DNA of 37,881 nucleotides from Candidatus Jordarchaeia archaeon (GCA_029856435.1 JAHQXB010000134.1:1-37881), one strand, 5' to 3'; positions 6,352 to 15,209 are shown, counted from the stretch's first letter. Notes: generated by a model from the sequence alone, not told the origin. Numbers and translations: made by a program.

Positions 6352-9324
6352 TTATCTTGCGCAGAACTCTGTCCTCTCAATTATTTCTTGCTGCATATTC
6401 TTGTTCAATTTTACAAAGTAGGCATTGTATCCCGATACTCGTACCAGAAGCCAGCGGTAATCGTCAGGGTTTTTCATGGCGTCCCTCAGTGTGTCTGAGG
6501 TTATTACATTGAATTGCCACTGCATTCCTCCCAGGTCAAAGAAGCTCTGAACATAGCTTGTGTACAAGTCGAGTGTTTTCTTGTGTGAATCTCCGGGGTG
6601 TGGCACAAGCTTCACATTGTAGGAGGCGTTGTTGGGCATTTTCAGATAGTTCATACTTGCTATTGAGCGGATGTTTTGGAGCAACTGGTCTGAGGGGCCT
6701 GGTGCTGGGGTGAGTCCGGGGGTGAAGGCTTTCCCCTTCTTTCTTCCTGAGGGTAGTGCTCCAGAGAGCATGCCGAAACCCACATGGTAACTTATGGACC
6801 AGTATCCTACGAGGTAGTTTCCTCCACGATAATTTTTAGCCGGGTTGTATATGTCAAAGCAGTAATCTATTAGGTCTTGGGCTACCTCATTGGTTCCTGG
6901 CTCATCTGAGCCGAACTTGGGAACCTTCTGGATTTTGCGTAGGACTTCCTCTGTTCCATTCTCAAAATTGTTTTCCAAGGCGTTCATTAGGGTTGGCCAA
7001 TCTAGAACCTTCTTTTTATAGATTAAGTCCCTTATGACTAGGAGACTGTCCACCACGTCGGTCAGTGAAACCAATGCCACTCCGGAAGTGTTGTATACGG
7101 CTCCCCCATTAACCACGTCTGTGCCCTTCTCCAAGCAGCCCTCAAATAGTGATGAGAGCAGAGGAGTAGGATGTACGTACTGGTGTGCGTATCCTAGGTA
7201 ATTGTTTATTTCAATCGATTTTTCGGCTAGGTATTTTAACTGTGTTTTGTAGGCGTTGAGGAAGTCTTCATAGGTATCAAATGAGTTTCTAACATCTCCA
7301 GTTTCCGGCCCTATTTTTTCTCCCATTACTGGGTGTACTCCATTGTTGAGGGCCATTTCTAGGGGGGCGACAAGGTTTAGGAGCATGCAGTTGGTGTGGC
7401 CGAAGTGTTTTCCTACTATTGTGGGCTCCACGCAGCCTGTAGCAGCCCAGTCTCTTGCGTCTTCGATGGGGATTCCCTGGTGGACCAGGGCTTCAATCAT
7501 TGCCTTATCGTTGTGGATGGAGGGGGAGGCGACCATGTTAATGTTGACTTCACATAAGCGTCTCAAATACTCCTTGGAGTTTACTCCGGTGTAGTATCGG
7601 GCATTCATGTTGGGATCTTGGAAGCATAACATTTCAGCCACTTTGAGAATAATGTAGGTCATGTCGTTTACCGCATTTTTTCCCTCTCTGTCTACTCCTC
7701 CCACGGTTACAGTGTCGTCTGAGGAACTGCCGCCAAAAAGTTTGTTTCCCACACTGGGTACTAGTGGGTCGTGGTCGTTAATCCTGAGGAAGAAGTGTCC
7801 CACAAGCTCTATGGTTCTTTTTACTATTTCTTCTCTCTCTTTGTCTGTTTTTGCTTGGGACATCTCCTTTTCAAAGTAGGGTTGGAGCATCTGGTCCAGT
7901 CTTCCAATGGACATGGCGGAGTTAGCGTTTTCAGAGTGAATACAGGTCCAAGTAATCCAGAGGGAAGTTAGTGCCTCATGCATAGTTTCTGCAGGTTTTG
8001 CCGGCACCTTGGCGCAAATTCTGGAAATTTCCTTCAGTTCCTCTATTCTTTTGGCCTGTTGGGGGTCGTTGGGGTCTAGGGTTTCCGCGATTCTTAGAGC
8101 TTCCTTGCTTAGATTTTCGGCGTGATTTAAAACTCCATCGATCACTATTTGTACAGCCTTGTAGAAGTTTTTCTTATCTGGAGATTTGGCCTGTTTCTCT
8201 CTTTGAATCGCTTCTTCCCTTATTTTTTCAAATCCCAGAGTTAGTACCTTTGGGAGTCCGGGAACAGTGTGGGATATGGCGTTGTTTTTCATCATGAAGT
8301 ATAGGACGAACCGCTCTTCCAATTGTTGAGAAATGGGGTTTCCATACTTTTGCCTGCAGTATTCCCGCACATTCCTATCCATCCAGTAGGGGAAAACTTC
8401 AAAGTTTAGAATGTCTGCATCCTGGGGGGAGATATCATTAGGGTTGAGTTCCCTCTTATATATTGTCCTTAATTCTGGCCAGATGGCGGTTCCTATCAGT
8501 TCGGGGTAGATGGGTACACCCACTTCCTTGGTGGTTGTGGAGCCGGGAATCAGGTATTGGTCGTGGATTATGGGTTTGCGGTTGGTCAATATGTGATATA
8601 GTGCTTTTGCTTGGCGGATTTCGGGGTCAATGGGTTTTCCATTCTTGTCAGCCTCGAAGCCGTTCTCTCTATGATACTCTGTTAAAAGTTTGGCTCTCTC
8701 CACACAAATTGCGGGTTTAAGGGCGTAGCGGCGGTTCTTCAAGTATTTTAGGCGTGGAAAATCATCAATAGAATACTTACCCAGGTAGGGGTCTTCAAGA
8801 AACTTTACATTGTCCACCTTTCGGCCCAGTATCTCGTTTTGGAGGCGTTTCCTTTTCTCCTTATCAATGTCCCCTATGGGGTAGAGCAGCCTGTTTCCGG
8901 GACCCTTATAGCCCTTTATTTTGGCTCCCTTAATAACTGTGGTCATGTAGGAGAACTTGGTGAGATAAGCCATGTTCCCCACATAATTCATCTCATTAGT
9001 TAAGAGATAGTTGAGGGATTCCTCAGGACTCTTATTCCAGATTTTAGCCATGGTTTCCTTATCCTTGTAATAAATGGTAATGTTGGGATTATCAATCACG
9101 CCGTCACTTACCTTCATTTTGCCGTCTTTAAAAACCACATAAATGTTGACTTTGCCGTCGCGGGTCTTGAACTGGTACTTGGCGTTGAAAATGAACCCCG
9201 TCTCTTTATTGTAAACCTCCTTACGCAGTTTGGGGCTTATTCTGAACAGTAACCCCATCAGTCTCAACGAAAGTTTAAACATTCCAATCGAAAAGTTGCT
9301 CTTCAACTCTTTGAACGCATTCAT
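6352..9324 (-). CDS. Glycyl radical enzyme (eliminase-type GCVE Cys loop) with N-terminal SCP2-like domain
   Basis: Gly loop LLVRVSGYNAYF, Cys loop WAATGCVEP, SIGRLDQ and a PFL-like core. The extra ~130-aa N-terminus (YQFKTRDGKVNIYVVFKDGKMKVSDGVIDNPNITI...VGNMAYL) has an SCP2 pattern. Start moved to ATG 9324, which follows GGTGG. Confidence 0.9.
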   Translation of the reverse strand: MNAFKELKSNFSIGMFKLSLRLMGLLFRISPKLRKEVYNKETGFIFNAKYQFKTRDGKVNIYVVFKDGKMKVSDGVIDNPNITIYYKDKETMAKIWNKSPEESLNYLLTNEMNYVGNMAYLTKFSYMTTVIKGAKIKGYKGPGNRLLYPIGDIDKEKRKRLQNEILGRKVDNVKFLEDPYLGKYSIDDFPRLKYLKNRRYALKPAICVERAKLLTEYHRENGFEADKNGKPIDPEIRQAKALYHILTNRKPIIHDQYLIPGSTTTKEVGVPIYPELIGTAIWPELRTIYKRELNPNDISPQDADILNFEVFPYWMDRNVREYCRQKYGNPISQQLEERFVLYFMMKNNAISHTVPGLPKVLTLGFEKIREEAIQREKQAKSPDKKNFYKAVQIVIDGVLNHAENLSKEALRIAETLDPNDPQQAKRIEELKEISRICAKVPAKPAETMHEALTSLWITWTCIHSENANSAMSIGRLDQMLQPYFEKEMSQAKTDKEREEIVKRTIELVGHFFLRINDHDPLVPSVGNKLFGGSSSDDTVTVGGVDREGKNAVNDMTYIILKVAEMLCFQDPNMNARYYTGVNSKEYLRRLCEVNINMVASPSIHNDKAMIEALVHQGIPIEDARDWAATGCVEPTIVGKHFGHTNCMLLNLVAPLEMALNNGVHPVMGEKIGPETGDVRNSFDTYEDFLNAYKTQLKYLAEKSIEINNYLGYAHQYVHPTPLLSSLFEGCLEKGTDVVNGGAVYNTSGVALVSLTDVVDSLLVIRDLIYKKKVLDWPTLMNALENNFENGTEEVLRKIQKVPKFGSDEPGTNEVAQDLIDYCFDIYNPAKNYRGGNYLVGYWSISYHVGFGMLSGALPSGRKKGKAFTPGLTPAPGPSDQLLQNIRSIASMNYLKMPNNASYNVKLVPHPGDSHKKTLDLYTSYVQSFFDLGGMQWQFNVITSDTLRDAMKNPDDYRWLLVRVSGYNAYFVKLNKNMQQEIIERTEFCAR

Positions 9325-9554
9325 CAAACCACCTAGAAACAATTAATTTTAGTCTCCCTCATCAATTACGACTACACATTCTCTCCAGTTTTTAATAGAA
9401 AAACAACGACTTAGCATTCTATTCCCACTAGGAATATAATAAACATTTTGCAAGACTATTGTAAATCTGAAAATTCATTTTTGGTTAAAACTTTATTAGT
9501 AAACAGTGAAGAATAATTCATTAATATGATTTGGAACGGTTAGAGGGTGATTAA

Positions 9555-10388
9555 ATGGCATCGAAAACCTTGAATGTATTGGCAATTTTTGCCCATCCCG
9601 ACGATCTCTCATTCTTCTGCTCCGGAACACTGGCCAAGTGGGCGGAACAGGAGCACAAAATTTACGCCATATGTGTCACAAGCGGCAACGTGGGAACACT
9701 GAGAACCGACCTAAAAATGGAGGAGGTTGCCAAAATGCGGGAAAAGGAGCTCAGAGCCGCCAACGAGATACTGGGAGTGAAGGAAACCCTCATTTTGGGT
9801 TACCCTGATGGGGGATTCATAAACGCTCCAGAACTAAGAGAAAAACTCGTCTACTATGTTAGAAAATACAAAGCAGACCGAGTAGTCACCTTTGACCCTT
9901 GGGTAGCCTATGAAGTGCACCCCGACCACCTAGTTGTGGGAAGAATGGCCTCAGAAGCAGCGGCCTTTGCAGCCTTCCCCCTCCTGTACCCGGAACAAAT
10001 TAGGGAGGGTGTTGAACCCTACGCCTGCTCCGAAGTATGGTTTATGGGATTACTGGGCCACCCCCCAAACTGCTTTGTGGACATCTCCCAAACACTGGAA
10101 AAAAAGGTGAGAGCCGCCTTAAAATTTGAAGCCACACTCACACTCCTGGCCCGACTATTTGCCCCCAATATTGACCCCACACGGGTTACCTCGGAGGACC
10201 TGAAAACCTTATCCAAACACGCAGATACACTCTTACGCTTCATGGCCTCCACCATAGGAGAGAAAGTAAAGTTAAAAGCGGCTGAAGCATTCTTTGTCCA
10301 AAAAACTCTTCCGGGACATTTCGACAACTTCCAACAAATAATGCTGGAAATGCTGGGAAACCCACCTGAACCTCCAAAAATCTGCTAA
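9555..10388 (+). CDS. PIG-L/LmbE family Zn-dependent deacetylase
   Basis: AIFAHPDDL, REKELRAANEILGV, YPDG and EVHPDH metal-binding motifs. Confidence 0.9.
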   Translation: MASKTLNVLAIFAHPDDLSFFCSGTLAKWAEQEHKIYAICVTSGNVGTLRTDLKMEEVAKMREKELRAANEILGVKETLILGYPDGGFINAPELREKLVYYVRKYKADRVVTFDPWVAYEVHPDHLVVGRMASEAAAFAAFPLLYPEQIREGVEPYACSEVWFMGLLGHPPNCFVDISQTLEKKVRAALKFEATLTLLARLFAPNIDPTRVTSEDLKTLSKHADTLLRFMASTIGEKVKLKAAEAFFVQKTLPGHFDNFQQIMLEMLGNPPEPPKIC

Positions 10389-10593
10389 AATTCAACTACC
10401 TCTGAATGTTATCCCTATTTCCCAAAATAATAGGGAAGGATTGGGATGACCTAAAAATGGGAGGCCTGAAACCTCACCTCACACTCCAACCTTTTATATA
10501 ATTTTTGCACTTGATTACCGTAAATTTTTGCTCCTCTTTGCTTCCTTGCAATTATTTTTTCGAAATATATCTATTAGGGGGGCCAAATCATTT

Positions 10594-11292
10594 TTAGTAG
10601 AGTCCAACTTGAAACTGTTCAATATTTTTGTAGCTCTCATCTCTGGTGACGAGCCTTGCGTTGTTTTCTATGACAACAGTTGCAATTAGTATGTCTATAA
10701 GGTTCACTTGTTTACCTTTTTCTTTTAAACTCAAATTCAATGTTTGCTGCTATTCTTTGCGGAAGAAGCTGTAAATGGCAAAACTTTCTTTCAAGAAACC
10801 TTACAGCATCGTTATATTCCCTTACTCTCCCCGCCAGTTTTAGTCCACTCAAGATTTCCCAAGCCACAATTGAGGTGGTTCAGAGGGGCGTTAAAACTGC
10901 TTCTAATTAGAATAAAGTTTCCACTTAAACTTCCAATAGTTAACGTTAAAGAAAAACCATTAAACCCATCATTCCTCAAAAACAACCACACATAACATGT
11001 CGTGCAGCCGACTCCAGCCCAGAATGCGGAAGGCTCATAAAAGCCCAAAAGAGGGCAGGACCACAATTGGGAACATCCTCCCACCGAAAGCAAGGGAGAT
11101 GTGCCTGCTTCAATCGGTCCCCTGGAGAAACGGTCTCCCCATGAAACCGGGGGGAGGAAGATCTAAAGTTACGTGAGGTTAACGTTGGGTCAGAACCGGA
11201 TGCTCTCTAATTTCTTTATATTTTTGGATTGAGGGCTCCTTTCCTCTCAAAAAGTCTACCAAGAAGGTTGTTTCAAGGCAGTATCTTTGCGT
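10594..11292 (-). pseudogene. vapC: VapC/PIN toxin pseudogene, frameshifted and split by a ~310-bp insertion
   Basis: Fragments reassemble to YCLETTFLVDFLRGKE...KYKEIREHPVL|TTSIVAWEILSGLKLAGRVREYNDAVRFLE...VLPFTASSAK..IAANIE.LSLKEKGKQVNLIDILIATVVIENNARLVTRDESYKNI. The start position reads ACG, and there are several frameshifts. Confidence 0.85.
10880..11189 (+). mobile_element. ORF-less ~310-bp insertion (putative non-autonomous IS110/IS1111-like or MITE-like element)
   Basis: Interrupts vapC. TCAGA is repeated at 10880-10884 and 11190-11194, and there is a short subterminal inverted repeat CGTTAA/TTAACG (10889, 11179). Several hairpins lie in 11040-11160. The family assignment is inference. 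Confidence 0.65.
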
Positions 11293-11490
11293 TTTTATCA
11301 AACTCTTTTCTTCCCTCAAGTATCACCTTCTCAACTTCTTGGGCGTCTCTCCAGGCCCTAGCGAACTCCAACAAGTTTCCCTTTTTCCCCTCAGTAAGTC
11401 TGATTATAACGTCGCTAAAGCTTTCGCCTCCAGTTTCTCCCTCTTCAACCGCTCATACTCTTCAAGTGTTATTGAAGTCTTAGTTGGCAT
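11273..11490 (-). pseudogene. vapB: VapB-family antitoxin with a 1-nt frameshift
   Basis: MPTKTSITLEEYERLKREKLE joins GESFSDVIIRLTEGKKGNLLEFARAWRDAQEVEKVILEGRKEFDK in another frame. It overlaps the vapC start. Confidence 0.85.
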
Positions 11491-11496
11491 AATGTC

Positions 11497-11510
11497 TACG
11501 TGTACACGTA
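11497..11510. promoter_or_regulatory. Perfect 14-bp palindrome, putative vapBC operator
   Basis: TACGTGTACACGTA lies 6 bp upstream of the vapB ATG. TA antitoxins typically autorepress at such palindromes. Confidence 0.55.
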
Positions 11511-11855
11511 TGTTTGTAAATCTTTTCCAAGTTAAACTCGCAGGGGGGATTATGATATGCATATTTTTTGGTATGTAGGATATGTATTTTTGTTGTGGAC
11601 TGCTTTTAAAGGGAGGCTTTGTAAGCCTTTTCCAAATCCCGCTCTATAGTTGGCTTTTGGGAGAACAATTTTACATAATTCAAAAATCAAAAATTTATAT
11701 TGTCACTTCCCCCCTAAAAATGTGTGAATTTGTTATGCATTGCCTATAAGTGCTATGGGTAATTGTTTTCCTCTAATTTTATGCGAAATACGCATATTTT
11801 CCTGTTTGCGTTTACAAAAAATACACGTATATGGTAAAAAAATGGAGAGAAAAAA

Positions 11856-11880
11856 ATTACCCACGATAATTGTGGGTAAT
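11856..11880. promoter_or_regulatory. Perfect 9-bp inverted repeat, putative transcription-factor site
   Basis: ATTACCCAC-N7-GTGGGTAAT in the AT-rich intergenic region upstream of the longin gene. Confidence 0.45.
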
Positions 11881-12078
11881 GCATAGGTGTGAATTTGAGG
11901 GGGGTTATGTTTAGAAAATTGTCGGTTTTTGTTTACCCTTTAGTGTTATGGTTTTTAATTCAATTTTTTTCTTTTTCTGTTGTGAATATCGCAATATACT
12001 TTATTTATTTTTGAGATATTTTTTTATATGAAATGTTGCTAGAATATAATTAAGGCTGGCTGAAAAGAATTTGGAAAA

Positions 12079-13101
12079 ATGGTCGGTGGGTGGCCAATGC
12101 AGATGAAGCCCAGTCTCCTAATCATAGGCGTTGCTGCCTTGGCGGTTTCCCTACTGGCTGCTAAATTACAGGGCCAAGATCTTGTGCCTTCTATTCTGCC
12201 ACTGTTACTTGTTTCTTTGTTTGGGGTGGGAGTTGCTGGGATTATTCTTTGGAGGAATTATGTTATTCCCGTTAAGGCTCTGGCTAGTTTGGAGAACATT
12301 ATTGTGGACCATTTACCTAGTGGCGTTACCCTTTGGGCTTTTGATTTTGTTGAAATGCAGCGGCATACCATTATTGTTTCGGGATTCATTTCTGCGGTAA
12401 AGGATTTTATGGTTGAAATGCGTAAAGGCGAGTTGAAAAAGCTGGAAACAGAGTTTGGTACCTTCATAAAAGAGGATGGAGATTTTTTAACTGTTACCTG
12501 TATTACCAGTGGTAACACCAAGGCGGAGGAGGAGTGGATTAGGCGAAGACTGCAAACTTTTCTGCGTGTTGCTGAAATTCGCCACTGGAATAATCTCGTG
12601 AACTGGGTGGGCGACACGTCAATTTTTGAAGAATCGTTCTTCCAAATCATTTCTTCAGTAATTAATATGAATAACACTTTTAAACTTCAGAAGCAGAGGA
12701 TTTCTAACATAAGGAGAAAGAAGGCGAGGCTTTATGCAGAGCTTAAAATTTTGGATTCAGAGATAGATACAATTGAGGCGAAGTTCCAGAATGGGAAAAT
12801 TAGTGAAGAAGAATTTGAAGTCAGAAAAACTAGGATTAAAAACAAGTACAAAAGAATACGCGAATACTATATCAATACCTGCCTGTTACTCTCAAGAGTG
12901 ACCCGCAAACCAGTAGAGAAAGTAGAGGCTTCCCGAGAGATAGAAAAAATTAGAAGGAACTTCCTCAAACTCAAATGCGAAATAGACGACTTACAACTAA
13001 AAAAATATGAAGGCACCATCACCCCAAGCGACATCAAAAATAAGGAAAAAATTCAGAAAAAACTAACAATCCTCATCGAAAATCTAGAAAAACTTATGTA
13101 A
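12079..13101 (+). CDS. N-terminally membrane-anchored longin-like domain protein with C-terminal coiled coil (eukaryotic-signature-like)
   Basis: Two hydrophobic segments (LLIIGVAALAVSLLAA; ILPLLLVSLFGVGVAGIILW). The core IVSGFISAVKDFMVEMRKGELKKLET...IRRRLQTFL...LVNWVGDTSIF matches the Asgard longin-like pattern as I recognise it. K/E-rich heptad tail. Confidence 0.7.
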   Translation: MVGGWPMQMKPSLLIIGVAALAVSLLAAKLQGQDLVPSILPLLLVSLFGVGVAGIILWRNYVIPVKALASLENIIVDHLPSGVTLWAFDFVEMQRHTIIVSGFISAVKDFMVEMRKGELKKLETEFGTFIKEDGDFLTVTCITSGNTKAEEEWIRRRLQTFLRVAEIRHWNNLVNWVGDTSIFEESFFQIISSVINMNNTFKLQKQRISNIRRKKARLYAELKILDSEIDTIEAKFQNGKISEEEFEVRKTRIKNKYKRIREYYINTCLLLSRVTRKPVEKVEASREIEKIRRNFLKLKCEIDDLQLKKYEGTITPSDIKNKEKIQKKLTILIENLEKLM

Positions 13102-13153
13102 CCATCCCAAAAAGAATGCAAGTACTACCCACCATTGCCCTCTTTATCTGAGC

Positions 13154-14242
13154 TTAATGTATTCTTTCAGTTTCAACTCTCATTATGGCTTCTCTTCCAG
13201 TTTTCTCCGGAATTTCTTCCCTGACCCTAACCAGCTTTATGGCGTCGTGAGGACACTTGTGGGCGCATATCCCGCAACCTATGCACCTCTCCTCCAAAAT
13301 CATAATTCTTTCGTCCGACAGATTTTCACTGTGGGGATAGTGGTGATAAATTGCTTGGAGGGGGCACCACTTAACGCAGGTTTCACATAGACGACAGTTT
13401 TCCTGGTTTATTTCAGGCATGAAGTTGGATTTTGCCACAGAGCGGGGATTGTGGAGTTGTGTTATGCCCCTCAGTAGAATGCAGCAGTCGTTGCAGCAGT
13501 TGCAGATAAAGTTGGGTTTCTCCTGCTGGTTGCTTACAGTGTGTACGAGACCTGCGTCTTCGGCTTTTTTGAGTATTTCTAGGGCTTCCTCCTTGGTCAC
13601 CCTTCTCCCATTGCGGTACTTTATCAGGTATTCGGCGAATCGGTCGAAACTAAAGCAGACCTCCAAGGGTTTGTCACAGTTGTTGGCTGAGAGGCGACAG
13701 GCGCAGGGATTAACAGCTATGCTTCTCGCCTCTTCAATGTATTTGCTTACCTTCTCGAAGGGGAGAATCTCTGCTTGGATACTGATTTTCTCCTCAACAG
13801 GAATCACCCTCATTAAAGGATAGTTTGAAGCCCCCAGCTCCATCCCCCAATGGGGATACATTGCCACATGTATCCTGGCGTACTCTCTTTTCCTATCGGT
13901 TATTACACCATCATTCATCTGGAGCTCAAAAATTCCCGGAACATAGGGCAACATACTGTAGTAGGTTTTACCGTCCCTGCTGATAAATTCAAAAAGCGCA
14001 CCATTCCGAGCCAACCTCTCAAAAACATTCTTAACATAGTCTACACTCTTCCCTGTCTCCCCTGCCACCTGCTCAATGGTCTTCGCATCAATGTAGGGAG
14101 CGTTGAAGACAGAGCAGAGGAGCTCTGCTTCCTCGGGAGTATAAATCATTTTCAAAATTTTCAGCATATCCTTACTCTTTGGAGCCTTCACAGGCCAACG
14201 GTTAATCTTCTGCCTCAAAAGCTCGTAGACATCCTCGCTCAT
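13154..14242 (-). CDS. Cys-rich Fe-S protein with C-terminal 2x[4Fe-4S] dicluster domain (uncharacterised)
   Basis: CRLCETCVKWCP, CIGCGICAHKCP, plus CACR, C..C and ICNCCNDCC motifs. Confidence 0.85.
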   Translation of the reverse strand: MSEDVYELLRQKINRWPVKAPKSKDMLKILKMIYTPEEAELLCSVFNAPYIDAKTIEQVAGETGKSVDYVKNVFERLARNGALFEFISRDGKTYYSMLPYVPGIFELQMNDGVITDRKREYARIHVAMYPHWGMELGASNYPLMRVIPVEEKISIQAEILPFEKVSKYIEEARSIAVNPCACRLSANNCDKPLEVCFSFDRFAEYLIKYRNGRRVTKEEALEILKKAEDAGLVHTVSNQQEKPNFICNCCNDCCILLRGITQLHNPRSVAKSNFMPEINQENCRLCETCVKWCPLQAIYHHYPHSENLSDERIMILEERCIGCGICAHKCPHDAIKLVRVREEIPEKTGREAIMRVETERIH

Positions 14243-14396
14243 AAAACCACAACCTACTGAAAACCATTGGACTGAATCTTACTTTAAGTTTTACGCTTCA
14301 CTCTTTCAAAGGAATACCACTAAGAACACCTAGCTTTTGTGGCTCAAAAAATTTTATAATAAAGCTACCGTGTAGGTGTGAAGGGTGTATTTTAAG

Positions 14397-15209
14397 ATGC
14401 CCAAGGTAAAGGTGAATGATATCGAGATTTACTATGAAACGCATGGTAGTGGGTTTCCGCTGGTTTTGATTCAGGGATGGGGTTACAGCTCAGAGATGTG
14501 GAGTCCCGAGTTTATAGGAAAATTTTCAAAATTTTACAGGGTCATCACATTTGACAATCGTGGAGCTGGGCGGAGCAGTGTGCCAGACATCCCCTACACC
14601 ATGAAAATGTTGGCAGACGATCTTGCTGGGTTAATGGATGCCATAAATGTTCCCAAAGCCCACATACTGGGAGCCTCCATGGGGGCAATGATTGCCCAGG
14701 AGTTCGCTATTAACTATCCTGAGAAGGTTAGGGGTTTGATTCTCTGCATGGCAACCTGTGGCGGCTCCAAGAGTGTGCCTGTTTCAAATGAGGTGCAAAG
14801 GAAAATGTTCATTGTGGCAAATCCACCTCCAGAAATGTCTAGGGAAGAAGTGTTGGAGCTTTGGTGGAGCTTGGTATACTCTCCCAATTATGTGAAGGAG
14901 CATCGGGATGAACTATTGAAGGGAGCCCTGTCCGTGAAGTATCCCACCACGATAACCGGTAAAAGGAGGCAGGCGGAGGCAGTTTTTAACTTTGATGCTT
15001 ATGACCGTTTACCCAATATTAGGTCTCCAACCCTTGTTATGGCTGGGGAAAAGGACTTAATTGTACCCGCAGAAAATTCTAGAATTGTAGCTAAACTTAT
15101 TCCTGGAGCCGAGTTGAGGCTGTTTAAGGGCGCTCCCCATGGATTCTTGAGAGAAAAAATGGATGAAGCAGTCCAAGAAATACTGGACTTTCTGGCAGAA
15201 ATTCCGTGA
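14397..15209 (+). CDS. Alpha/beta-fold hydrolase
   Basis: LIQGWG, FDNRGAGRS, nucleophile elbow GASMG, GEKD acid and APHG His. Start moved to ATG 14397. Confidence 0.9.
   Translation: MPKVKVNDIEIYYETHGSGFPLVLIQGWGYSSEMWSPEFIGKFSKFYRVITFDNRGAGRSSVPDIPYTMKMLADDLAGLMDAINVPKAHILGASMGAMIAQEFAINYPEKVRGLILCMATCGGSKSVPVSNEVQRKMFIVANPPPEMSREEVLELWWSLVYSPNYVKEHRDELLKGALSVKYPTTITGKRRQAEAVFNFDAYDRLPNIRSPTLVMAGEKDLIVPAENSRIVAKLIPGAELRLFKGAPHGFLREKMDEAVQEILDFLAEIP

Noticed and set aside
6352-9324. Alkyl/benzylsuccinate synthase (fumarate-adding GRE), suggested by the nearby fumarate reductase
   Set aside because: The Cys loop is GCVE (eliminase type), and no small beta/gamma subunit genes are adjacent.
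6352-9324. Pyruvate formate-lyase
   Set aside because: It lacks the adjacent Cys-Cys active-site pair.
10870-10895. Group II intron domain 5/6-like GGTTCAGAGGGG
   Set aside because: No preceding GAGCCG...GAAA...CGTACGG D5 stem. The sequence is explained by the vapC/insertion junction.
10744-11093. ORFs 10744-10995 (+) and 10812-11093 (-)
   Set aside because: They span the vapC pseudogene/insertion junction and are chimeric artefacts. Only the last codons of the + ORF might be a transposase tail.
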